Shown: piece after piece, positions 1 to 9,350 of the stretch
Layout of the letters: the number at the start of each line of letters is the position of its first letter
Numbering within the stretch: position 1 is the first letter of the stretch
Assembly (NCBI GenBank): GCA_010015585.1
Contig: ML975149.1
Strand: one strand, 5' to 3'
From: Eremomyces bilateralis CBS 781.70
Taxonomy: Eukaryota
Length of the DNA: 20,184 nt
Translations under genes and position numbers: made by a program
The notes under the pieces: model-generated
The model's database searches: none
Seen by the model: the letters and a program-made list of their open reading frames with translations, nothing else
Told to the model about the DNA's origin: nothing

Positions 1-870
1 ATCTTGCCAGCATCGTTCTGACAGCCAAATTAACGCTTGTAAGCACGAGCATGTCGATATGGTTTACCTCGAGATAGTCCATAGAAACCGCCTTAAAGTC
101 GCTGCTTGTGGGCCAATACCTCGCCACCTCGCCAGGCGTAAGCGTCAGAAAAAATGGCTCACATAGAACAACGTCGTAATGCCATCCTCCTAGAAAATGA
201 TAGGTATTCTCGGCATACCCGGCGACCACCCTAAGAAATATAAGTGCTTGAATCTGTAAAAGTTATCGCCAGGAACACTCACTGGTTCGCCCCTCCGGGC
301 TTTTTCTTACATGTACCGCTGATATCCGTGCAGTGGACATCCTATAGAGCTAGATCAGTTGGATGATACCATCCCAATGTGAGCTATAAAATAACAAGAA
401 TTTCCCTTTAGGAAAGCTAATACGTGAAAATGTAATGAGTAACGTGAGAGTGGAAGGGAGGACACCAAATCATCTTACTAACTCACAATAACCCTACTAA
501 GAAACGGTACTCTCCCATCTAACAATGTAATACTTTGCAAATTTGCATGTACCCTCTGTGCAAACACGTTCTCTTTGTACTTTCCATCATTTGGAATAGC
601 CAGATATGTTGCTGCAGCCTCACCATGCTTGCCCTCATCCCACCATTCCTTTAACGCCAGCTTTGCCATCGTACGAGCATTTTTCACGGCGCTAGCAACC
701 TTCTGATACCGGTTAACATCTTTGAGCTGGCTATCCGGTTTACGGCAGGCATCCTCGATCCGGTAAGGAATGAAGTCTTCGCGTTTTTCGAGAGCGCTTC
801 TGATAGGGGTAATAGGAGGAGGGATAGCCAGGGCTACCAAAGGTAGAATAAGAAACAAGAAGGTACGCAT
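1..870 (-). CDS. Secreted protein, probable zincin (M35/deuterolysin-like) metallopeptidase-fold protein; 3' end runs off the window
   Basis: ATG at 870 gives signal peptide MRTFLFLILPLVALA, then a Kex2-like KR site (LEKR|EDF). Canonical introns 486-342, 282-231 and 67-18 give exons 870-487, 341-283, 230-68 and 17-1 in one open frame: ...DVHCTDISGTCKKKPGGANQVVAGYA...DVVLCEPFF...MDYLENDAGK. The C-x-D-x-x-x-x-C, AGYA and VLCxPFF motifs resemble the region before HExxH in fungal M35-like proteins, but HExxH itself is outside the window. Confidence 0.7.
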
Positions 871-1298
871 CTTGAAGGCGCGTACGGGGAGCACAGCGAT
901 AAATAAAGATAAGTAAACGAGTGAGTAGAGACCGGAGGGTTAAATTGATACAACGAGCTGCTATGGTTCTTATATATTTCAGTAGACACCATCCTCCTTC
1001 GGGTCCCGCAATTTTTTGGGGTAGTGTTGTTAGTGAGAAAGTAGTATGCCTGTCGCAGTGTCGCTCGTCCTCGAGCAAGCGCCTAGGAAACTTGTCTCAC
1101 ACTGCTGTGAGCCCCGAATGCGGGTACCGTCTCGTTTGGGGCTCTCTTACGTTCTAGTGGCTAGTGCTGTAGTGGCAGTAGTGCATATAAATAGTGTCAC
1201 AGACCATCTGTGTTTCTTGGCATTTCTGTAGTCTTACTCCGTATACCCCTTTTTCTTGAGACATTTATACACTTCTCATATTTCCCTTTCCTCCTGGT

Positions 1299-1574
1299 TG
1301 TTAGGTCCTGATCATGTGTTAAGGGAGAGTTGAGTCTTGTATAATTCACAAAACAGGAGCATGGTGAAAGAGAAGCAATGTGTTACTGGCGATGGGCAAC
1401 ATATAAACAATCTTCTTGCAATTCTTCCTTCTTTCTTCTCTTTTTCTATAGTTTTGGTTTGCCGAATAGCTAGGAAGTTGAACGTGATTCTTTCCAGATC
1501 GTGTCAGGTCCCGTTTAAAATTTCCAAGTCCCCATATTTGCTGACAGAAACCCTCGTAGATCGTTAGCGTCACA
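1299..1574 (+). mobile_element. Possible degraded solo LTR
   Basis: TGTTA at 1299 (or 1381) to GTCACA at 1574, with a TATAAA followed by a pyrimidine tract loosely like family-A LTRs. No TSD was found and there is no second copy in the window. Confidence 0.3.
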
Positions 1575-1634
1575 CAAACCACTCAGTCAAAAGGAATACC
1601 CCCTTGATGGGGGCCAGTTTAGCTCTTTTGACAC

Positions 1635-2430
1635 TAGTTATCATTCATGATCGAAAGGAACTCCTGCGTCATAGAAACTAGTTCTTCTTAGGTTTATTTG
1701 GGAGATTAAATGAAATATAATACGCTGAGTAGTCACAGTAGAAGTGAACGACCCATATGTCAAGATTGAATGCTTCCTCTATTTGAATATGGTCTAAATA
1801 GACCTTTTCGAATGGATAGCTTCTTCTCCATGTCAGAACTCGTGAAATTTACTGCTGGGCCTGTTCAGGTTAGCATTTAGCTTTAAGAACAGATTGTTTG
1901 ATGTGTGGTTCAACGACCCAGAAGGCGCCACGTTTGATTACTTTGTGTTATGGTCCCGGGCCCTGTGGCCTGGGCCCTTGAGTATGGCTGATGCCACAGG
2001 GATGTGGCTAGAGGATGGCATGGAGGATTATCAAGGAGATAGTCATATCAATATGGGAGCTATGTGTTAGGATGGAGTTGTGTTAAGGAGCTGTGTTGAG
2101 CTGTGTTAGGATAGCAGAGAGAAGAGTTTATATCTCGTGCACAGAGGCGCTGGGAGATTTCTTCCTTCTCTCTCTTCAGTTTAGATTAATGGAACTTGGT
2201 AATCGCAGATCTTGCGCATCCAGACCGTGTCATAGAAACCGCGTAGTTATAACTAGTTATAGGTAATATTACTAAGTTAGATACCGTAATGCTAGGACCT
2301 GAAGGAGTATCGACGTGAATATTAATAGTACCTTGTAAGAGTCTCACTGTAGTGAATCTCCAATCGTGAGGCAAACATTGAATTGTTGTTAACTACTCGT
2401 CTTTTATGTTTATGGGCAATATTGGGCATG
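1635..2430 (-). pseudogene. Ty1/Copia pol relic (protease-adjacent region and integrase core N-terminus), fragmented and interrupted by a solo LTR
   Basis: Minus-strand translation from 1818 leftward gives YPFEKVYLDHIQIEEAFNLDIWVVHFYCDYSAYY, matching the fungal Copia integrase pattern PFxxVxxDLIQ..A(Y/F)NxDxWxxHFxCD. Upstream pieces are GTINIHVDTPSGP..LSNITY (~2330-2250) and KVIKRGAFWVVE (~1945-1905). The protease-then-integrase order is Copia-type. The region has stops, frameshifts and TpA enrichment. Confidence 0.75.
1946..2234 (+). mobile_element. Solo LTR, family A copy 1
   Basis: TGTTATGGTCCC...CCGTGTCATA. The 3' ~90 bp is nearly identical to 2560-2651 and to the reverse complement of 18381-18533. 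It contains short GAGCTGTGTTA(A/G)G repeats. The terminal TCATA versus TCACA in copy 3 is a CpA>TpA change. No TSD. Confidence 0.8.
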
Positions 2431-2433
2431 ACC

Positions 2434-2651
2434 TGTTATGGTCCCAGGCCTGTGGCCTGAGCCCTTGGGTGTGGCTGGTGGATTGCATAGGGATTATCAG
2501 AAAAGCAAACATAGTTACACTGCATTAGGGCAGCAGAGGGGAGAGTCGCTACTTCGCACACAAAGGCGCCAGGAGATTCTCTCTTTCCCTCTCTTCAGTT
2601 TAGATTAATGGGACTTGGTAATCGCAGATCTTGCGCATCCAAACCGTGTCA
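2434..2651 (+). mobile_element. Solo LTR, family A copy 2, with 5-bp TSD TGACC
   Basis: TGTTATGGTCCC...CCGTGTCA flanked by TGACC at 2429-2433 and 2652-2656. It shares both ends with copy 1 and diverges in the middle. Confidence 0.8.
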
Positions 2652-2657
2652 TGACCC

Positions 2658-2874
2658 TGTCGCATTACGCGTGGATGCTGACTAAGTAGATAGACTGCAT
2701 AAATTCAGTTATAGTAGAGACAATGCAGGAAGTTATTGACGATTCCTATTATCTTCCAAAAGGATATCTATCTTGAGTGAAAAGATGGTGATATCAAAAT
2801 ACATAGGATATGAAATGAGTGATCCAATTTGGGTTTAGCGTAGGGGTAATACGGATGACAGGCGTCTTGCGACA
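2658..2874 (+). mobile_element. Solo LTR, family B, with 7-bp inverted termini and 5-bp TSD GACCC
   Basis: TGTCGCA...TGCGACA flanked by GACCC at 2653-2657 and 2875-2879. Homologous to 18606-18815 (TATTGACGATTCC block) and to 8694, 13540 and 15278 (TGTCGC(A/G)AGA(C/T)GCC and TACCCCTA(C/G)GCTAA-like blocks). Confidence 0.85.
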
Positions 2875-3024
2875 GACCCAAGGTTGGCTGCACCGTGCAC
2901 TCTTAGTCGAAAGTTCATCTTAGGGCTGAGAGTGGGACTGATGAATTGCACGATCCGGACCAAAACAGATATGTATTGGTGAAGGTCTAAACTGAGCTAA
3001 TGCGTATGTCTGTGGAGAAGATAT

Positions 3025-3515
3025 TAGGGCTGGACACGAATATTCGACTATTCGTATTCGTACGAATATTCGTAGTCGAATACGAATAAAATTTAGAATT
3101 TCCGCTTACTAATATTCGTACGAATAATATTCGCATTATTCGTAATTATTCGTAATTATTCGTCTATCTCTGAAGCTATTTCCATGTATCTCGCATCGGA
3201 GAGATGGTCGACAGAGAGCTTTAAGCTGGGGTCACTTGGCTTGCTGAATCGTCAGGAGTGATCAATTCGACGCTATTGATATGCTTTGTATCTCTTAGAG
3301 CTCAAATCCTCCAGATCGTGTTCGGGTAAACAAAAGTCGCGACTGTTGGGCATTCATTCATTGGCTCGGCTTTTGCCGAATAAGTCTTGGCATTATTTAC
3401 GAATATTCGCGAATAATACGAATAAAACGTCTCAAAACTTAGTCGAATACGAATAATCGTTCAAGAGGAAAAGTCGAATACGAATAGCCAAAATCCTTAT
3501 TCGTGTCCAGCCCTA
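3025..3515. mobile_element. Non-autonomous hAT element (MITE), 491 bp
   Basis: Perfect 18-bp TIRs TAGGGCTGGACACGAATA at 3025-3042 and 3498-3515, and a perfect 8-bp TSD GAAGATAT at 3017-3024 and 3516-3523. Dense subterminal TATTCG/CGAATA motifs occur at both ends and there is no ORF. An 8-bp TSD with TAGGG ends is typical of hAT. Confidence 0.93.
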
Positions 3516-3534
3516 GAAGATATGGAGATACAGG

Positions 3535-6272
3535 CAGGCTGGCTAATCGAGGCGTCGCGAGGCGTCGCGAGGGATGACTAAGCGCCTCGCCTCGCCTCGC
3601 CTCGATTGCATACTAAACCGCCTCGCGACGCCTGCTGGAACCATGGTTGAGCGTACCAAAAGATGAAATTCCGTAATCCTGTATGCCATACAGAGGTCGA
3701 TATCACGGTGAGGAGGATGGTGAAGACGGTGGTGGTGAAGATCGCATACTATATTCTCCTAGCTAGACTCCTCCTCCTCGTCGTCGTCATTATCCACCGC
3801 TAGATTCGCTTGTGAGAAGACGATCTTCTCGAGATCAAGATCACTAATAATACCATTTCTAAACCAATGCTGTAGACACACCAACTTCCTCAACGTCTTC
3901 GCGTTCATACGGGCTCTCTCTGTGTCCAGGAGTCGCCCACAGGAGGACCATATCCGCTCCATATCCGCGGCGGATGCTGGAGTGGCAAAAAGGTCCATAG
4001 CGATCCTATAGAGAGCTGGAAATCGCGTACGATTAGCAATCCACCATTCCATAGGGGCCTTCATCTTCTCCTGAGGCTCGTTGAGATATTCAGAAACCTC
4101 ATCCACGGAGGAGATTTCCTGTGGTTCAAATCCAGGCCCCCAAGAACCTAAGAAGTCCTGGTAGGCGCTCCGCACGGTATGATCCGTTGACGAAGAGCTC
4201 TCTGGGACGGATATATCTTGCCGTAACGTGGCGACAGACTCACGTAATTTAGTAATGACTTGAGCCGTGCTAGGGTTTTTCGGTTCCTTGAGATCGAAGA
4301 ACCTTTTCTTATATCGTGGATGAAGCAATACCGCGAGCATATACGCAGGAGTCTGCGGGTCCCTCATTTTAAGTTGGTATTTCATCGCCTTAGAGAGGGC
4401 TCTCTGTAGAGGCGATGCGAGCTCCTGGAGAACCGGTCGCCTCGGTATCTCCGCGATCAAAGAGACTAAATCTTTCACGATCAAGTGGATAACGAGGTAA
4501 GATTCGAAAAGAGCTCCTTCAGCACCATCCTCAGCGTTACTTTCTAGGATTTTGGAGCGAATAAGGAAGGGGTGGTAAATCGCTTGGAGCTCTTCTAGAA
4601 CAGCCCAATCAGCCCCTGTAAGCCCCTGGAGAGAGGCGTGTCTTGCGCAGTACTGATCAATTGTAGCGCGTAAACGGAGAGCACGACTAATCGAGTCGTA
4701 TCTTGTATTCCACCGTGTCTGGTTTTCACGGATAATACGGAGAGGCTGATCGCGACGTCGCTGAGATTGATCGACCATACCCTCTAAAATAGTGGTTTGG
4801 ATCGTCAAGAACTCTTGCTCACGTTTCGAGCTACTTTTGATATGGGTAATGATAGACTTGAGGCGTTCAACGGAGACCACATCGACATTCGTTGGAAGCG
4901 TAGGACTTCGAAGATTCTGTCCTGGATGGCCAGGAATGCCACTGTCCTGCGTACATTGAAGGCCATCTGACTCGTCGTTGTCCGTGCCAGCCAAATGGTC
5001 GGTAGATAGCTGTTTGCATATCAAATTAACGATATGATAGGCGCATCGTAACCGTTTTCCAGAGACCGGGATATTAGTAATATTTCCAAGCTCTTCTACC
5101 GCCGTGGTGTTATTATCTGCGTTATCAGACATCAAGTAAGCGATCCTTTCCTTGATCTTATACGCCTGTACGGTGTTTTTCATGATCCGTGATAGATTTC
5201 GCCCTGTATGAGCTCCTTGAACCTCTTCCACAGTGAGGAGGGTATTCCGTTGGCGTGGTGTTTCACCGCCGGAGATGAAATGGGCCTCGATACCAAAGAA
5301 GGGTATATCGGTCGCAGACGTCCAGATGTCATACGACAACGAAATCTTGCTGGATGCACGCGAAAGTGTATGGGACACAAGAACAAGGCATTCTTCGTAT
5401 ACCTTGGCCACCCTATTGTATACGGATTGGTGGTTCTTTACTCTGAGCTGTGGATCTCCACCGCTCAAAGATTCCATCAATCCGTTGTGTGCCACAGAAG
5501 AGGCCTGGCGAAATGGTATACCGTCGAGGATCACCCATTTTAAATACGCCGCATTGACATTCAAGAGCCCATTCCGGAGAGGCAGAGAATGGTGATGGAG
5601 AGCCCACGATTCACGAGATCCAGGAGGGATTACCTGTGATCCACGGCTCAAGAAAGAGTGATCTCTTATAAGATGGTCTCGTGCAGACGACGTCGCGCCG
5701 ACCCTATAGAGCTTTAAATCGAGGTTGGATCGAGCCCTTCGCCAACAGATATAGCAGACCCAATATGGAATATCTTCCTCCTCGTCTACTCTGCGAGCGA
5801 CGAATCCCCAGTCCCATACAACGCTTCGCTTTCGCGGGCTAGATAAGCGATGATACTCTTTCACGAGGGAGAGACCGTATTCACGGAGAAACTCTGGATC
5901 AGGCGTGAAATCTCCTATTCCGCCGGGGTCAGGAGCATACTCAGAAAAAGAGGAGGAAAACGATGGTAGAGACGACTGTAAAGACGACATATTGATATCG
6001 ATTCTATACGTTGAGAGTAATCTTGATATTATACATATATTGACTTTGGATTTGACCAAAACCTCCTCAATATTCATGACTCCAGCTGGAATGTTTAATG
6101 AGCTCACCAAATCCCATAGAATCTGGGTCACATCCAGAAGATACGGACTGAGATGATGAAAGATTGGTAGAATAGGACCAAATGGGTCTAGCGAGACCTT
6201 TCCAACCCGCTTATTAATTATCCGAAGATATACCGACTGCCTCGCGACGCCTCGCCTCGATTAGCCAGCCTG
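3535..6272 (-). mobile_element. Full-length autonomous hAT DNA transposon, 2738 bp
   Basis: Perfect 20-bp TIRs CAGGCTGGCTAATCGAGGCG at 3535-3554 and 6253-6272. The 8-bp TSD is GATACAGG (3527-3534) / GATGCAGG (6273-6280), with one mismatch. Subterminal CGCCTCG/GCGACGCCTC repeats flank a transposase ORF. Confidence 0.95.
3759..5990 (-). CDS. hAT transposase (BED-like zinc finger, DDE core, C-terminal dimerisation domain)
   Basis: Uninterrupted ORF with CYIC...HLIRDH zinc finger, SYDIWTS (D1), SDNADNN (D2), CAYH (CxxH), TRWN and WW..NRTRFPALYRIAMDLFATPASAADMERIWS (catalytic E, dimerisation domain). The start is uncertain: ATG at 5990 (743 aa) or 6077; the listed 6131 start is a GTG. Confidence 0.95.
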   Translation of the reverse strand: MSSLQSSLPSFSSSFSEYAPDPGGIGDFTPDPEFLREYGLSLVKEYHRLSSPRKRSVVWDWGFVARRVDEEEDIPYWVCYICWRRARSNLDLKLYRVGATSSARDHLIRDHSFLSRGSQVIPPGSRESWALHHHSLPLRNGLLNVNAAYLKWVILDGIPFRQASSVAHNGLMESLSGGDPQLRVKNHQSVYNRVAKVYEECLVLVSHTLSRASSKISLSYDIWTSATDIPFFGIEAHFISGGETPRQRNTLLTVEEVQGAHTGRNLSRIMKNTVQAYKIKERIAYLMSDNADNNTTAVEELGNITNIPVSGKRLRCAYHIVNLICKQLSTDHLAGTDNDESDGLQCTQDSGIPGHPGQNLRSPTLPTNVDVVSVERLKSIITHIKSSSKREQEFLTIQTTILEGMVDQSQRRRDQPLRIIRENQTRWNTRYDSISRALRLRATIDQYCARHASLQGLTGADWAVLEELQAIYHPFLIRSKILESNAEDGAEGALFESYLVIHLIVKDLVSLIAEIPRRPVLQELASPLQRALSKAMKYQLKMRDPQTPAYMLAVLLHPRYKKRFFDLKEPKNPSTAQVITKLRESVATLRQDISVPESSSSTDHTVRSAYQDFLGSWGPGFEPQEISSVDEVSEYLNEPQEKMKAPMEWWIANRTRFPALYRIAMDLFATPASAADMERIWSSCGRLLDTERARMNAKTLRKLVCLQHWFRNGIISDLDLEKIVFSQANLAVDNDDDEEEESS

Positions 6273-6616
6273 GATGCAGGTGTGTCCGTGGATCACGTGA
6301 CACTGCCACAGGGACGAACCTGCAGCCTCTTAAGGTACCGAAGCATCTTGTGCTTGAAACCAGTCATTATTGAGTTGAGGGAGTGCGTGGCAGGTAGGCA
6401 CATCACGTGGGATGGGTGGGAAATGTCGAAATGATTGGGGCTTGGACATTTGACCACATACTGTCAACGGAATGAAGATGGGCGATTACGGACTCTGACC
6501 AACCACCGGAACGTTTGCGGCCCGGCGAGCACCCCGCTTCCTCTGCATTACCCCAGATCTCTGGAACGTGTAGGTAGCTCGGGCAGTTGACGATGGAGCT
6601 TAGCTCCGGTAGGCTT

Positions 6617-6623
6617 TATATAA
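6617..6623 (+). promoter_or_regulatory. Putative TATA box of the monooxygenase gene
   Basis: TATATAA about 90 bp upstream of the ATG at 6710. Confidence 0.5.
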
Positions 6624-6709
6624 GAAACGCCTGCTCAGCTTAACGCGCGGCGCTTTCGAAGTCCTTCTTACCAGCCCATACCGCCGTTCAACTGACGAAA
6701 CCACTCAAA

Positions 6710-8353
6710 ATGTCGGCGAAAGATATGAGAATCTTTCCCCCTAGCGGGATCGAGATGCTGATCGTTGGTGGCGGGATTGCGGGGCTCACTTTGGCGATCG
6801 AGTCGTACAGGAAGGGCCACAAAGTGCGCGTGATTGAACGACGAGACAATTTCGACGGCCTTGGTATGATACCTTCTGATCTGCATAAGCCAAGTTGCTA
6901 ACGATGGTCTGCGGAAAGGGGATATCTTCGGTATCAGTGGTCCCGCCTTCCGGAGTCTGTTGAACTGGCCCGGGTTTTATGATCGGCTGCTTTCTCAAGC
7001 GCTGAGACCGGAGATCCATTTCTATAAATATGACGGCTCGTGGATTTACGACATGCCCGGTTTAGAAGTCAACGGCAGACTCCTCGGGTTCATGCTCAGT
7101 CGAGCCCACATGCATGACGTATGTCCGCTTCTTGGAGACCTACTTTCTATTCGGGCTAATCCCGGATAGTGTCTGTTTGAATATGCGAAAGAACTGGGAA
7201 TACCTATTACGTTTTCCCAGCAGGTCGTCGAATACTCCGAAGACGCGGAAAGAGGTTTCATAAAGCTTTCGGATGGGTCGGTGCTTAGTGCAGACATTAT
7301 TGTCGCCGCTGATGGAGTTGGATCCCAATCACATACTCTGATCTCCGGCCGCAAGACACAGCCTATTAGTAGTGGGTATGCCTTATACCGAGCCACCTTT
7401 AATCTCCAGGATGCGCTAGCAAATCCTGCCGTCAGGGCCTTCTGGGGAGACAAGCCGGAGTACGTTAGTATCTTTATCGGGCCTGATGTGCACATCGTCA
7501 TGGGAAGAAATGACGCGAGAAATACCATGTGCTGGTTGCTAACCCACAAAGACACTGACAATACCTCGCGGGAGTCGTGGTCTGCTACGACCAGGGCCTC
7601 CAATGCGCTGAAATTCGTGGCCCCTGAACTTGGTTGGACAGAACACATCCGCGCGCTGATCAGATCGACCACGAATGACGAGTGTATCGACTGGAGGCTC
7701 ATGTGGCGCGATCCACAGCCGGTATGGCACTCTCCCCGAGGCCGTGTGATTCAGGCCGGGGACTCGTGCCATCCCTTCTTACCATCATCGGGGAGCGGAG
7801 CGGTGATGGCTATGGAGGATGCGTACTCGTTGGCAGCATGTTTGCAGCTTGCCGGAAAAGAGGGAATTTCTTTGGGAGTCCGGGTACATAACAGGCTGCG
7901 GTGAGTCTCCATCCAAGATCATCTTTATTCGGCGGCAACAGGCCGCTTCCCACGATAGTTACTGATGATGGGAATGTTAAGTTTCGAGCGTGTTGCGTGT
8001 GCCCAAAAGATGGGATTCAAGGCGCGTCACACCTGGCATCAGGGAAACTGGGACGAGATCCATCGAAACCCAGCGGCGGTACTGCGCACCATGTACGTAC
8101 TGACCAGGAACCTACATCGCGACGTCTACACATAGATTGACCAACGTTTAGGGGGAAATGGCTCTTCATGCACGACGCAGAGGGCTATGCGTACGAGAAC
8201 TTTGGCAAGTGCCTCGGCGAGATTCTGAATGGTGCCCGTTTCGAAAACACCAACATTCCTCCGGGGTACATGTACAAGCCATGGACGGCACAGGAGCTAG
8301 TGGACAAGAGTGCTGCTGGAGAAGATATCTTGGATGAAGGGGACTGGTCGTGA
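6710..8353 (+). CDS. FAD-dependent monooxygenase, group A (MAK1-like), ~465 aa, 5 exons
   Basis: Exons 6710-6863, 6919-7118, 7170-7900, 7982-8092 and 8152-8353 total 1398 nt in frame with GT-AG introns. Motifs include IVGGGIAG (FAD), IVAADGVGS (DG), QAGDSCHPFLPSSGSGAVMAMED (GD), WRDP and the C-terminal NTNIPPG..PW seen in MAK1-like fungal monooxygenases. Confidence 0.93.
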
Positions 8354-8693
8354 GGCTCACCTTTGCTTTCACACGGTTGCGGTGACCTCGTAAGAGGCAT
8401 GGCTCGTCGGGACTGTAGATCAACGTTATACCGAAATAGGGAGGGCCAAACCAAAGAGGAGAACAGAGACGGGGCACGGCGAAAAGATTTGTCGAGCGAC
8501 AGGCGTTGACAGCAGTTATTATATGAAAAGGTAGAGGCAGTCTCTGTAGCAGAGCCATAGCGTTTGATAGCATCGAGGCATAGCAGTTGCGAATGTCTAA
8601 AAGCCCCAAACTGAGAGCTGAAAGTCCAAAATCAGATCCCCCCAAAGTTTTGTCTGATTTGGGACCTGAAGCAGGGATCCAGCGTGGTGGGTG

Positions 8694-9350
8694 TGTCGCA
8701 AGATGCCCCTGTTGGTTTCTACTGCCACCTAACATTCCTTTCACTGCCCCCTACCCCTGGGCTAGGCCTAATCAGGACTCTTCAGTCTTCTCTTATGTAT
8801 TTAAGTTATCTTCATCTGGCTACTAGCTGGGTCTCTTTTCCTAGACAATAGGAATCGTTAATACCAATTTGCGTTAACGTATTCCACAAGCGAGCGGCGC
8901 ATACAAGCGAGCGGCGCACCCCCTTTTACTAACAAATTCGGTTTCAATATCTCAACAACCACTGAATAATATAACCTGAAAACTTGGAATTATGCTTTCC
9001 TAGTCATTCCTAGCTTCATATTAAAATATCAGAGCACTAGCTTGTATAGATATCGAGATACCTACTTCTTGACAAGATTTATGGGCCAAACCTCTATATC
9101 TTTATAAATGTTCGTGCCAGAGCTCTGAAAATTCAATAGTAAGCTAGGAATGACTAGAAAAGTATGATTCCAAGTTTTCAGGTTATATTATTCAGTGGTT
9201 GTTGAGATATTGAAACCGAATTTGTTAGTAAAAGGGGGTGCGCCGCTCGCTTGTATGCGCCGCTCGCTTGTGGAATACGTTAGTTATTGCGGTGTTAACT
9301 AACAATCCTTACGTTAGGAAGAGCAATGAGGTAGGGAATACAACGTCACA
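8694..9350 (-). mobile_element. Solo LTR, family B, split by a nested MITE
   Basis: TGTCGCAAGATGCCCCTGTT...CTGCCACCTAACATTCC closely matches 15278 onward. GGAATCGTTAATACCAATTTGCGTTA (8851-8876) matches the reverse complement of ~18670-18696. After the MITE, 68 bp remain to CGTCACA at 9350, about the length expected from the 18606 copy. The right boundary is inferred. Confidence 0.7.
8877..9280. mobile_element. pogo/Fot1 (Tc1-mariner superfamily) fold-back MITE, 404 bp, TA TSD
   Basis: TA|ACGTATTCCACAAGCGAGCGGCGCATACAAGCGAGCGGCGCACCCC...ACGT|TA. ACGT termini with a tandem ~17-bp repeat inside the TIR resemble Tan1/Vader-type elements. The inverted arms are identical for 114 bp and have 3 mismatches over 140 bp. 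Confidence 0.92.

Noticed and set aside
1946..2651. TRIM-like mini-retrotransposon (two direct LTRs 200 bp apart)
   Set aside because: The LTRs differ strongly in the middle, copy 2 has its own TSD, no PBS or PPT is visible, and the spacer is antisense Copia pol debris.
3035..3165. CRISPR-like or satellite array of TATTCG repeats
   Set aside because: The spacing is irregular, the context is eukaryotic, and the repeats are subterminal motifs of a hAT MITE mirrored at its other end.
5180..6156. Short ORFs overlapping the transposase
   Set aside because: They are alternative-frame or antisense shadows with no recognisable motifs.
7046..8744. Minus-strand ORFs of 218 aa and 192 aa
   Set aside because: They are antisense to monooxygenase exons or begin inside an LTR, with no domain features.
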